This document shows positions 21,077-31,137 of a DNA stretch of 64,000 nt, piece after piece (positions within the stretch are counted from its first letter, which is position 1; the number at the start of each line of letters is the position of its first letter). A program made the position numbers and the translations under genes. Under the pieces are notes generated by a model, which was given only the letters and a program-made list of their open reading frames with translations, ran no database searches and had not been told where the DNA came from. This DNA is from an uncultured delta proteobacterium. GTDB lineage: Bacteria; Myxococcota; B64-G9. The stretch is from contig CAVWHX010000005.1 of assembly GCA_963754925.1 (NCBI GenBank), positions 160,001 to 224,000 of the forward strand, read 5' to 3'.

Positions 21077-21448
21077 TCAACCGCGATCGTTTGAAGACCG
21101 TCTTTTGGGCGGAATCGAGCGAATGAACCGGGCGGTAAGCAACCCTACGATTGCCACGGGTGCCCCGAGCAGCACGACAGTTACTACAGGATATGCATCA
21201 GGTGGACTACATCGACATTCATAAACGGCGACCGCGATGCAGGCTGAAACGATGCTGGCTATGAGAAATCTTAAACCAAAATAAGCGTTTGCTTCGTACC
21301 AAATCGTATCGTCGCTCAAAGTCGTCCGCGTGCGATAGCCATACAGCGAATTGCGAGGAACTTTTCGGAAGATAAGAGGAATCGACAGCAGGCAAAAGAT
21401 GGCGCTGCATATGAGAACGGTGATGAGGCTTTTGTCATAAACGCTCAT
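21077..21448 (-). CDS. SdpI/YhfL-family membrane protein
   Basis: PRNSLYGYRT..TLSDD.IW..AN motif with TM helices. Confidence 0.8.
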   Translation of the reverse strand: MSVYDKSLITVLICSAIFCLLSIPLIFRKVPRNSLYGYRTRTTLSDDTIWYEANAYFGLRFLIASIVSACIAVAVYECRCSPPDAYPVVTVVLLGAPVAIVGLLTARFIRSIPPKRRSSNDRG

Positions 21449-21476
21449 GTTAGTGCGTCCCGCAGAGTCTTCTTTG

Positions 21477-22505
21477 TTACGTCAGCATCAATCTGTAGTG
21501 TTCATTTGTTTCTTTGCATTCTGGATTCAAAGCCAAGCTTCTTTCTATTTCTGCTTTTGCTTCTTCCCTTTTCCCCACTTTAAATAATATCCATCCTTTT
21601 GTATCCATAAAGATGGAATTATCGCGTTGGTACTTCAATAAGTTATTTGTTAACTTTAAAGCCTTGTCTAGATTGATCCCTTGATTTGCATATTCCATTG
21701 CCAATTCGTTTATTACCCACGTATCTGTTGGGCTATTTTCAAATGCTTTCTCCAGAGTATTAAGAGCTCCCGCTCGGTCGTTGATTTCATTTTGACATCT
21801 GGACATCATTACATAGAGATTACTTTTATCGAACATTGAAGTGGTTGAGCTATCATCCAAATTGGATATCACATCTTTGATAGCTTCTATGGCTTCAGCG
21901 TAACGACCTTCAATTTTATGTCCCAGACTGTTTATTATTCTTCTTTCATTGGCATCTTTTGCCTTCATTAGCGCTTGCTCTAGGTGCTTAAGAGATTCAT
22001 CTTTCCGGCCCAATTCCATTAGAATAAAGGCACAGTTGGTATTCCATTCCCATGATTCTGGATCCAGCTGCTCACCTTGAAGGAATGCTCCTAAAGCATC
22101 CAAAGGTCGACTTAGCATTCTGTAACAATAACCGACATGTCCAAGTAATTTGGGATTTTTTTTAAATCTCAGACATCTTTCAAAATATTCAATCGTTTTT
22201 ACAAAGTTTCCCAAATGGAGATAGCAATGCCCTAAATAGAAGCTGTTATACTTTGAATAGTCTGCATTTCGATAGTTATGAGCCTCTTCAGATCTCTCAA
22301 ATAATTTGATCGCCTTTCTAAACTTTCCAAGATGGTAATAAGTTGTACCTAGCTGGAGGTAGTAATTTTCATCTGATATAAAAGCAGCAGTACAAAAGAT
22401 GACATGAAGCCAAATTATCTTAAGATACAACTTCAATTGACTAAATGGTATTATCATTTGTTCTGAGACCTGACAGGTTATTCTATTGTTTCTGTACTCT
22501 CCCAA
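21477..22505 (-). CDS. TPR-repeat protein (low GC)
   Basis: Multiple TPRs, DTKGWILFK.G; start uncertain. Confidence 0.8.
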   Translation of the reverse strand: MGEYRNNRITCQVSEQMIIPFSQLKLYLKIIWLHVIFCTAAFISDENYYLQLGTTYYHLGKFRKAIKLFERSEEAHNYRNADYSKYNSFYLGHCYLHLGNFVKTIEYFERCLRFKKNPKLLGHVGYCYRMLSRPLDALGAFLQGEQLDPESWEWNTNCAFILMELGRKDESLKHLEQALMKAKDANERRIINSLGHKIEGRYAEAIEAIKDVISNLDDSSTTSMFDKSNLYVMMSRCQNEINDRAGALNTLEKAFENSPTDTWVINELAMEYANQGINLDKALKLTNNLLKYQRDNSIFMDTKGWILFKVGKREEAKAEIERSLALNPECKETNEHYRLMLT

Positions 22506-22536
22506 ACTTTTAAGTATTTCAGTTAGTCCCGCACGC

Positions 22537-23304
22537 TTACTGCAGCTCGAACTCGAAGGTGCTGACCACGCGGATCTTTTTCAACGGCGTGCTTGTCGCG
22601 CTGTAGGGAGCTGATTCATCATTGCCCTCGCTGCCGAAAATCTGGATGCTGCCCTGGTTGGCGGAGCGAATCTTGCCCACCTGGGCGCCGGAATCGGCGG
22701 CAAATTGCTGCGCCGTCAGACGGGCGTTCTTGGTCGCCTCGGCCAGGAGCTGCGGTCGTAGGGCATTGAACGTTGTGATGACGTAGCGGGGATTGGCCGC
22801 GCCGCCTTCCCCCTGCCCATCGAGAACCACGCCGGATTTGAGCAATTCCTCGGTCGCCCCCAGCGCTTTGGCCACCAGGTCGATGTTTGCGGTCGTAACG
22901 TTGATCGAACTGGTGACAATGTAGCGAAGCTGTTTTCCCTGGTTTTGACCGTAATAATCGCGCGCGAGCTTATCGATGGTGCGGGTCGTCTGCCTGGTTA
23001 TCTCGTCATCTTTGAATCCTTGGTTTTTGAGAAAGGCAATGGTCGCTGCGTGGTCAGCGGTGATTTTTTCGTGAGCGTCTTTTATGTCGTCGCTTGCCCG
23101 CCGAAACCACAGTGTCCAGATGGCTTGGTCCGCCTTGACCTCTTTTTCAACCAACCCCTTGACGGTGACCGTTCGGACGTCGGACTTGAAGCGGGCAGCG
23201 CCCTTTCCAATGAAATGACCGCCAACAGCTAGGCCGACCAACATAAAGACACCAGCGACTATTATCGCCGCTCCGATCGAAGGTTGTTTTTCTTCGGATC
23301 CCAT
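22537..23304 (-). CDS. SIMPL (DUF541) domain protein
   Basis: TVTVKGLVEKEVKAD, ATKNAR..AQQFAADSG, KKIRVVST. Confidence 0.85.
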   Translation of the reverse strand: MGSEEKQPSIGAAIIVAGVFMLVGLAVGGHFIGKGAARFKSDVRTVTVKGLVEKEVKADQAIWTLWFRRASDDIKDAHEKITADHAATIAFLKNQGFKDDEITRQTTRTIDKLARDYYGQNQGKQLRYIVTSSINVTTANIDLVAKALGATEELLKSGVVLDGQGEGGAANPRYVITTFNALRPQLLAEATKNARLTAQQFAADSGAQVGKIRSANQGSIQIFGSEGNDESAPYSATSTPLKKIRVVSTFEFELQ

Positions 23305-23464
23305 GTCGAATCTCCTCTCTTTTATCTGGCAAGTGAAGTCACAGTATCATATTCTTGTGGCCGATAAAATAGATCTTATGTTCTAAAATAGGTATTCTTT
23401 ACAGTAAGTTACTGCTTGACACTAAGGTTTGAGTTGGATCAGCCCTCTGTGAAGGACTAGACAT

Positions 23465-23903
23465 ATGGGCAGCAATGAAACAATCAGAATGTTGCTCGTT
23501 GAATACAAAAGGCCATGGAAGTTATCTTTGTTGTTTGTAGGCCTTTTACTATTGATTGTTGGCTCCTTTTACTATCAAGCACCTGACTGGGACATCCCGA
23601 TAAGTTTTATTATGGCGTTCTTGGCATACTTAACTGCGCCTTGGAGTTTGCGTGTAATCGTTGAGCGCAAGTGGAAGCATGTTCCACTGATGCTGTTTTT
23701 CACTTGGATTACCGTAGACGGGTGTTACTGGTTGTACTGGCAGTTCAAAAACCCCAAGGCCATGGAGCTCATGAGAGGAGTTAAATTTTTTTGCGTCCTT
23801 GGCGCTTTATGCCCTGTGTGGTTTAGTTTGGTATTATCAAGGCAGTCTCAAAGAGCTTGTATCAGACGCAAGGGCTTTCAATATAAATAGGAAGCTGAAA
23901 TGA
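23465..23903 (+). CDS. Hypothetical membrane protein (apparent frameshift in poly-T near 23785)
   Basis: Hydrophobic ORF (PDWD motif); the alternative frame continues NFFASLALYALCGLVWYY to TGA at 23901-23903. Confidence 0.6.
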
Positions 23904-23931
23904 GCAGAACACTACCAGGAGGCGAAAACTA

Positions 23932-24806
23932 ATGAAATCAATAATTATCATCCTTAGTATGATTCTTCTGTACCCAGGTACCATATTGGCAGGCGACTTT
24001 GGCATGCAGAAAGATTTTCATGCAGAAATTCTAAAAACATATGGTTTTCAGCCTCATACATTGTCTCACGAACAAATTGAAGCTAAGTCAAAGGATCTCT
24101 GATCAATTCTGGAACAAAGTCAAAGATAGAAAAGAACAATCCCTTCTGTTATTGAGAGCCGAACTCCAAGCTTCTTCAAACCCCTCATTCTTTTATTACG
24201 ACGGTAGTAAACTTCTGCTATCCCTGTCGGAGAATATTGACGACCGAACAATTGTACTGAAGGCAATACCAAAAGCTGATCTTCTTGATGTCAACCATAC
24301 AGATTATTTACGCACAGTTAATATGTTGGCGACAAAGGAGCTTGATACCTGTGATGCGGCATTACGGATTTTGGATTATCCCGAATTCAAGGCGATTGTC
24401 CCTCAACATGCTCTGACGCTTGGCCAGGATTTTTCACTTATATATTTATTGATTCCAACAAAAGAAGAATATTATCTTCAAAAACTGATACAGCGCTTGG
24501 CTATAGAAAAGAATATAGTTTCTCAAAAAAGTATTCTTCAGATGCTTTGGTACACTGTTACCAAACAGGGGGATCAAGCTATTCAACAATTTTCCGAAGA
24601 TAGTAGCAAGCCAAATGAATCACGAATGTGGGCTAAGGAGCTAATCAGCCGCAAATCCAAATTAGGTTTAACATCCAAAGTCGCGGAAAATTCTTATTCG
24701 ATCTTTAAAGAAAAAACGGAAAGAAGTAATGAGTCGAATAAGTGATGAAGCGTTAATTGAATTTGATGAACTAACGGCAAAAATGCTTACTAAAAGAGAA
24801 GAATAA
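23932..24806 (+). CDS. Hypothetical secreted protein, split by about 2 frameshifts
   Basis: GGAGG RBS, signal peptide MKSIIIILSMILL.., joins ORF 24041-24745 near 24098; tail frame ends at TAA 24804-24806. Confidence 0.55.
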
Positions 24807-24899
24807 AAGCATAACCGATCGAGGTGACGTGCCCCCCGAAAACTGGACCATTTTCAATGAGAGTTCCTTCGGCTAGAATGCCGGAAAGGAGCTTGCTCA

Positions 24900-25166
24900 A
24901 TGAAAGGGAAACGGTTTTCTGAGGATAAGATCATCGGGATATTGAAAGAAGCCGAAGCGGGGGTGAAGCTGTCTGATCTGTGTCGTACGCATGGCTTCTG
25001 CGAACAAACGTACTACCGTTGGAAATCCAAGTACGGCGGGATGGACGTCAGCGAGGCGCGGCGGCTGAAGCAGCTTGAGGAAGAAAACCGAAGGCTGAAG
25101 CGTGCCGTGGCCGATCTCACTCTCGACAACCAGATCTTGAGGGATATCAACTCAAGAAAATGGTGA
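24900..25166 (+). CDS. IS3 transposase OrfA
   Basis: HTH_Tnp_1 (RFSEDKIIGIL..TYYRWKSKYGG, LEEENRRLK). Confidence 0.93.
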   Translation: MKGKRFSEDKIIGILKEAEAGVKLSDLCRTHGFCEQTYYRWKSKYGGMDVSEARRLKQLEEENRRLKRAVADLTLDNQILRDINSRKW

Positions 25167-26071
25167 AGCCCGCAGCGCGAAAGCAGGCCGTTGTGCATGC
25201 CCGCGAGGAATTTGGGGTGAGCGAACGACGCGCCTGCGGGCTGATGAGGATCGGGCGATCGAGCTTTCGGTACCGTTCGGTAGGCCAACTGTATCCGCAG
25301 TTGCGGGAGCGTCTTTTAGAGCTTGCGGCGCAGCGGGTACGCTTCGGATATCGACGGTTGCAGGTGTTATTGCGGCGGGAAGGGTATGTGGTGAATCACA
25401 AGCGGGTGTATCGGCTGTATCGGCAAGAGGGATTGAGCGTGAGGAAGAAGCAGCGCAAGAGATACCGGAGCATCGCGCGGCAGCCGCTGCGTCTTCCGGA
25501 AGGACTCAACGAGCGATGGTCGATGGATTTTCTATCTGATTGTCTCTCAGATGGGCGACGGTTGAAGGTGTTGAGCGTGCTGGATGAATTCAGTCGAGAG
25601 AGTCTTGCCTTACCCGTAGACACGTCCATTTCCGGCAGCCGGGTGGCCAGGATTTTGGACGATATTGCCGCTGAACGGGGTAGGTATCCCGAAGCGATGG
25701 TGACGGATAACGGTCCGGAGTTCACGAGTCGTGCGCTGGACCTCTGGGCGTACCGGCATGGGGTGCAGTTGCATTTTATCGAGCCAGGCAAGCCGGTGCA
25801 GAATGCCCTGATCGAAAGCTTCAACGGCAAATTTCGAGATGAATGTCTCAATCAACATTGGTTTATAAATCTACAAGATGCTCGTAATAAAATCGAATCA
25901 TGGCGGATGGATTACAATCATGTGCGGCCACACAGCTCGCTCGGACAGGAGACACCGGCGGAGTTCGCGCGACAGTTTTCAGAGCTTCGGTCGCCTCCGG
26001 CTCCCTTCGCTCTGAAAACTGTTGTTGCTATGGATAAAGGAACGATGGTTAACCATGAACAACTCTCATAG
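25160..26071 (+). CDS. IS3 transposase OrfB (DDE)
   Basis: WSMDF, TDNGPEF, IESFNGKFRDE, YNHVRPHSSL. Confidence 0.93.
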   Translation: MVKPAARKQAVVHAREEFGVSERRACGLMRIGRSSFRYRSVGQLYPQLRERLLELAAQRVRFGYRRLQVLLRREGYVVNHKRVYRLYRQEGLSVRKKQRKRYRSIARQPLRLPEGLNERWSMDFLSDCLSDGRRLKVLSVLDEFSRESLALPVDTSISGSRVARILDDIAAERGRYPEAMVTDNGPEFTSRALDLWAYRHGVQLHFIEPGKPVQNALIESFNGKFRDECLNQHWFINLQDARNKIESWRMDYNHVRPHSSLGQETPAEFARQFSELRSPPAPFALKTVVAMDKGTMVNHEQLS

Positions 26072-26365
26072 AGAGTGGTCCTATGAACGGGGGCACGTCA
26101 GAGGTGCAGACCGATCAGCAACCAATTGTAAAAAGACAATTTTCTAAAAGGGCGGCTCCTGTTTAGCCTCGTTCCCAAAACCGCGACTTAGTCGCCCATT
26201 AAATTTGAGCCGGCCGGCAGGGTCAATGATGTTTGTAAGGGAATCTTAGCACTCGAAAATACTGAGTCAAACAAATAGAAGGAAAACAAAGGATTAAATT
26301 TCGTATTCGTTATGTCACGAATTGCTGCTAGGTGTCTGACGGCCGTAGTCGCAAACCTGCTAGCC

Positions 26366-27637
26366 TTAGAACAAATTCTTATGCACGTAAGTAGTAAGGT
26401 CGCCCAACCTGTTGGCGTAGCTCCCATACTCGTTATCGTACCAGCCGAAGATCTTGGCATGGACCACGGGCACCTGTATCGTCCGCGCCGGCAGCACCTG
26501 TCCTACCTGAGGTGGCAAATTGGGGATCTGGGACAGGTCCACCGTCATAAAGGCGGTGCGGGTGTGGCTGAACTGGCCTTCGATAATGACCGCGGCATTG
26601 GTCCCGATAAGATCGCTGGACACGTTCTGCTCGGTTGAAAAGAGAACCAGGCGCTCGGGACTGCTCTCGCTGATCTTCTTATAGATATCGTTGATCACTT
26701 TGGCATTGAGCGCGGCGCCGTTCTTGTTCGCGGGAGCCTGGAAGGTGGCGTTGAGGATGATGAGCGACAGCGTGTTGGTGGGTATGCGGATCGAGTCGGC
26801 CATGAACCCGATGTTCTTCACCTCGGGGATCACCTGGCTCAACGCCTCGGCGGCGTTGGTTGAGGTAAGAATGATGTTGTTGAGGATGCTTCGGTTTTTG
26901 CGCAGATCCCGTTCGCCGGCTTTCGGGACGCTGTCGAGAACGCTCTGGGTGTTCGTCGTCGCATGGACCGTGGACATGGAGGCGGTCAGAATGGTGTTGG
27001 TGAGCTCGTTATCGAGAAGCGGTCTGATCATGTGCGCAAGCCCGGTGGTGGTGCACGAGGCGGCGGATATGATTTGGTGTTTCTTGTGATCAAAAGCCGT
27101 GTGGTTGATGCCGTAGATCAGCGTTACCGCTTCGTCCGGCATGGAGAGGGCTTTGTTTTTTATCTTGAAGGCGGAGGAATTGATCACCACCTTCGCGCCC
27201 TTGGCGAAGTGACCGCGGATGGAGCCTTTGGAATCATCGACGGCTAGCGTGGGATCGGTGAATTTGCCCGTGCATTCGACGACGAGATCGACGCCGTAGT
27301 CTTGCCACGGTATATCGAGGGGATTTCTCGCCTCGCGCAGCACCGTGACCGGTATGCCGTCGATGAGGAGTTTCCCCTTTTTCTCGTCGGTTATTTTGAT
27401 AAGACGCTGAGCGTTTATCCCGTACAGAAACCGGTGCAGCGGACCATAGGTGGCGTCCTTTTCAATCAGTTGGGCGACGGCGGCAAGCCCGGTTCCCACT
27501 TCCCGCCCCAGATTGACGACAATTTCTTTGAAATACTTTCTGCCGATGTGATGCCACAAGGTGAGCTTGCCGATTCTGCCAAGACTGTTGATGCCAAGTA
27601 CCGGCGGTTTGTTTTCAAAAACGTGCATAGTGCCCAT
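26366..27637 (-). CDS. Long divergent GAPDH-family dehydrogenase
   Basis: GINSLGRIG, SAASCTTTG, STVHA, WYDNEYGSY; GAGGAGG RBS before ATG at 27637. Confidence 0.85.
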   Translation of the reverse strand: MGTMHVFENKPPVLGINSLGRIGKLTLWHHIGRKYFKEIVVNLGREVGTGLAAVAQLIEKDATYGPLHRFLYGINAQRLIKITDEKKGKLLIDGIPVTVLREARNPLDIPWQDYGVDLVVECTGKFTDPTLAVDDSKGSIRGHFAKGAKVVINSSAFKIKNKALSMPDEAVTLIYGINHTAFDHKKHQIISAASCTTTGLAHMIRPLLDNELTNTILTASMSTVHATTNTQSVLDSVPKAGERDLRKNRSILNNIILTSTNAAEALSQVIPEVKNIGFMADSIRIPTNTLSLIILNATFQAPANKNGAALNAKVINDIYKKISESSPERLVLFSTEQNVSSDLIGTNAAVIIEGQFSHTRTAFMTVDLSQIPNLPPQVGQVLPARTIQVPVVHAKIFGWYDNEYGSYANRLGDLTTYVHKNLF

Positions 27638-28039
27638 CGGTTGGAACCTCCTCAATCCAAACAATCAAGAGAAGTTGAGAAACCATCGCTGGAGGCGAAT
27701 TGAGTGGCGAATTGTCATAACCGTGAATGTCGTATTCGGGCGATTCAACGGGCGAATTCATATGGATTCCACTAACGATGTGCATGCCAGTCTCTTTTGA
27801 ACGCCATGTAATGTATGTCAAAATTGGAGTGCAATGTCAATAAGGAGCGCCGACGGGTAGGGGGTCAAGACGTTAACAATCGTTGACCGCCGTACAAATT
27901 CAGTTTAGGTGTAAGACCAGAACATCGCAGGTTGAATGAGGATTGCATGAGCTTGGTAGGAGCTCAGCGCAGTTTCTCGAGTCCTCGTAAGGAGGACGTT
28001 ACCACATTCTCTATTCCTTTATATCATGGAGGTGTGAAC

Positions 28040-29773
28040 ATGTGTCGATCCGTATTTTTTCGATTCGTTGTTCCGGCTTCGGCGATCCTGGTGATTGGGC
28101 TCGGCGCCATTCCGGGGTGCACGAACCTCGGCAGCCTGGTTACCAACGCGGGTCCCTGGGGCGCCGTTGAGGCGGGGGACACCACGGAAAGCGATCTCGT
28201 CGTCACCCTGGCCGACGGCAAGGTTCAAGGCGAGCTGGTCGACGGCGTGCGGCGTTTTCTGAGGATTCCCTACGCCAGGCCGCCGATCGGCAGCTTGCGT
28301 TGGCGCGCCCCGGTCAAAAACGATCCGTGGACCGGCGTGCGCTACGAGACGGTGTTTGCCGATCAGTGTCCTCAAGTTGCGAGCATTCAAAACTCGGGGA
28401 GCGCGAACGAGGATTGCCTGTATGTGAATGTGTGGGCCCCCGAGCCGACGCCTACCGGCGCGCCGGTGATGGTTTGGGTCCACGGCGGCGGCAATTTCGC
28501 CGGCTCCGCCAGCGATAAGCTGCCGGTGGTGGGACTGACCACCGGGCAGCAGCCGCTGTGGTACAACGGTCAGTTCTTCGCGGGCAAGCACGGGATCGTG
28601 GTGGTCACCATCAATTACCGACTCGGACCCATGGGGTTTTTCGCCCACCCGGGCCTCGCCGCCGAGGGCTCGCCGCTGGGCAATCAGGGTCTGCTCGACC
28701 AGCGCATGGCGCTGCAGTGGGTGCACGACAACATCGCCAGCTTCGGAGGCGACCCCGGCAACGTGACCCTTTTCGGAGAATCCTCGGGCGCCGCCGACGT
28801 GGGATACCAGGTTGCGTCCGCCGGCAGCCGCGGCCTCTTCCAACGCGCCATCAGCGAAAGCGGCGGCTGCACCGTGCCGTTCACGGCCAAGACGGATCAT
28901 ACCCCGGCCGAAGTCGCGGCCGCGATCACTTCCTTCGGCGAGAGCGTCGGATGTTCGGGCGGGCCGACCCAACTCAACTGTCTGCGGCATATGAGCGTCG
29001 CGGACATACTGAGCAAGTCGAATCAGCCTCAACCGATTGAGGGCACCGGCTTCGGCAATTATCTCTTCGTGCCGGTCATCGACGGTCCGGGCGGCTTTCT
29101 CGTGGATCAACTAAAGAATCTCTACGATCAAGGCACTATCGCCAAGGTCCCGTATCTGCTCGGCGCCAACGCCGACGAGGGCACACTCTTCATACTGTCC
29201 GGGCCCTATCCGCTCAGTGAGAAGGAGTATGAAACCGAGCTCACCAACCGCTACGGCGCCCAATATTTACAGACGCTTTTGCAGCTCTATCCCGCATTCA
29301 ATTTCGGCTACAACTATCACGCCGCCCTGGCGCGGGCGGTAAGCGACCAAACCAACATCTGCGGCACCCACGATACGGCCCGACGCGCGGCCAAAGCCGG
29401 CTTGAGCGTCTATATGTACAATTTCAATGTTCCCTGGAACATCGTGTCGAGCGCCTATGGCGCGTTTGTCGGCGAAGTGGCGCAATCCCTCGTGGGCGTG
29501 GCGCACTCGTCCGAAATCGCGTTCGTGTTCGATAGTCCTTACAACCCCAGCGCCTCCGACATCGTCGTAGCCGACACCATGAACACGTTCTGGGCGACCT
29601 TCGCGAAGACGGGCAACCCGAACTATTCCGGCGCGCCGGCGACCTGGCCCGCGTTCGTACCGGACGCGAACGACAACGACAAACGCTTGCAGCTCGATCA
29701 GAACTGGGATGTTCTGATCAACTTCCGCAAGGAAGAATGCGCCTTCTGGCGGACGTACTACGCAGCTCCATGA
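28040..29773 (+). CDS. Type-B carboxylesterase/lipase, probable lipoprotein
   Basis: EDCLYVNVW, HGGG, GESSG nucleophile, GANADEG, AHSSEI; signal region ending GAIPGC. Confidence 0.9.
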   Translation: MCRSVFFRFVVPASAILVIGLGAIPGCTNLGSLVTNAGPWGAVEAGDTTESDLVVTLADGKVQGELVDGVRRFLRIPYARPPIGSLRWRAPVKNDPWTGVRYETVFADQCPQVASIQNSGSANEDCLYVNVWAPEPTPTGAPVMVWVHGGGNFAGSASDKLPVVGLTTGQQPLWYNGQFFAGKHGIVVVTINYRLGPMGFFAHPGLAAEGSPLGNQGLLDQRMALQWVHDNIASFGGDPGNVTLFGESSGAADVGYQVASAGSRGLFQRAISESGGCTVPFTAKTDHTPAEVAAAITSFGESVGCSGGPTQLNCLRHMSVADILSKSNQPQPIEGTGFGNYLFVPVIDGPGGFLVDQLKNLYDQGTIAKVPYLLGANADEGTLFILSGPYPLSEKEYETELTNRYGAQYLQTLLQLYPAFNFGYNYHAALARAVSDQTNICGTHDTARRAAKAGLSVYMYNFNVPWNIVSSAYGAFVGEVAQSLVGVAHSSEIAFVFDSPYNPSASDIVVADTMNTFWATFAKTGNPNYSGAPATWPAFVPDANDNDKRLQLDQNWDVLINFRKEECAFWRTYYAAP

Positions 29774-29795
29774 CGGTTCGTCGGCGCCGGTGGGA

Positions 29796-29876
29796 TGTCA
29801 TATCGACCGAAGGGGAGATATCTAAATACGATCTCATCGTTATTTAGATTTCTCGCTGCCCCTAGAGGGATAAGAG
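29796..29876. repeat. REP-like hairpin element between convergent genes
   Basis: TGTCATATCGACCGAAGGGGAGATATCTAAATA..TATTTAGATTTCTC stem, followed by CCCCTAGAGGGATAAGAG (also found inverted at 51419-51436). Confidence 0.55.
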
Positions 29877-29901
29877 TCCGTAAACCGGCCCTGCCTGTCC
29901 C

Positions 29902-30883
29902 CTAGCGAGTCGCCTTCTTCGACCTGCGCCTAAGTCTCGATGGTTTTCTTCCCGGCGTCGGCGCCTGGGGATTGATCAGATCGAGCATAGACGGCAAATC
30001 CAGCTTGCTGCCGATGCCCTCGCGAAAAAGCGGGCGATAAAGCGCGCCGATTTTTTCCGGCTCACGCAGGTGGCCCTCGCGGTCAAGCACTCGGAGGCGC
30101 TTGCGAACATCGCGGGCGATGAGCAGGGTCCGCTGGCCCGCGGGATCGGCGTGGAGGACCATGGATTGAGCGCCGTGTTTCAGCAGATTGCGGATCCTAT
30201 CCAGCGCGAGCGACTTTACTTCCTTAACCTCTTCCGCGGTAAGTATGAAGCGGGTGCGCTGGGTGTGGATAGCGACCGCACGCTGCCAGCGCAAGATGTT
30301 ACCCGCCAGCACCAGTCCGCGGAAGATGCGCTGGTTGACTCGAAAGGGCAGCAGGGAGCCTCTGAGAATGCTTTCCAAATGGCTGTCGTGGCGGCGGTAC
30401 CGCCGCGCGGAGAAGCTTCTCATGGTCGGCCAAACGGCAGACGGCACCAGCATGTTCGAGCCGCATTTCCCAGTAGACATGGGGAGCGTAACGCATACGA
30501 AAGTACTCGATGTTTTTATACGGAATAAAGTAGTTATGGGCCACCGTGTCCGCGGCCAAGTGGCTCAGATACCCCCAGGCGAAGGCGCGGGTTTCGTCCT
30601 GCTGGGCTCGATCGAGAACCTGGAACCCCACCTGCCAATTGTGGCAGTGGCGATAGTAGGGCACGCGGTTTTTAGCGATGGTGATGTCGGCGGCAATAGT
30701 CCCATAGAGGAAGTCGCTCGAAAAACGCCGCAACAAAAGCGCCAGCGCCGGCGCCAACCAGGATAGGTCGTGCACGATGTTCAAACCGAGCTCGAGATGG
30801 GCGGCGGGGCCAAAGGCAAAGGCCGCTTGTGGGATAAGCAGTAGAAAGAACACGATGCCGAGCACTCTCATGTCACCCTTCAC
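29902..30883 (-). CDS. Zinc-dependent phospholipase C family protein (frameshift near 30455)
   Basis: Signal peptide, FGPAAH, YGTIAAD, HCHNW, GYLSHLAADTVAHN, HVYWE. Confidence 0.8.
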
Positions 30884-30909
30884 ACAAATATGCGCGCTGG
30901 GTCCTCGTA

Positions 30910-31046
30910 CCCTCTCCCGTTCGGGAGAGGGTGGCGCCTGGCGCCGGGTGAGGGAATAAACTATCTTCCACCCTCATCCAAGAGATTCTAAGCCTCGCTC
31001 TGCGAGGCAAGAATCTCTTGCCTTCTCCCGCTTGCGGGAGAAGGGA
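30910..31046. repeat. REP-like element of the CCCTCTCCC..GGGAGAGGG type with internal long hairpin
   Basis: CCCTCTCCCGTTCGGGAGAGGG, CAAGAGATTC-..GCCTCGC-TCT-GCGAGGC..-GAATCTCTTG, CCTTCTCCCGCTTGCGGGAGAAGG. Confidence 0.7.
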
Positions 31047-31137
31047 TTCAAAGATTCCACTCTCATACGCATGAAGCTTGTTCCTATACCACGAAAATGG
31101 TATACCTTTACCTCCTCATTGGTCAAACGCGCAAGGA

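Larger units (their letters stand above)
24825..26100 (+). mobile_element. IS3-family (IS407-like) element, copy 1
   Basis: TG..CA termini, IRs TGACGTGCCCCC, 4-bp target duplication GAGG, orfA/orfB. Confidence 0.95.
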
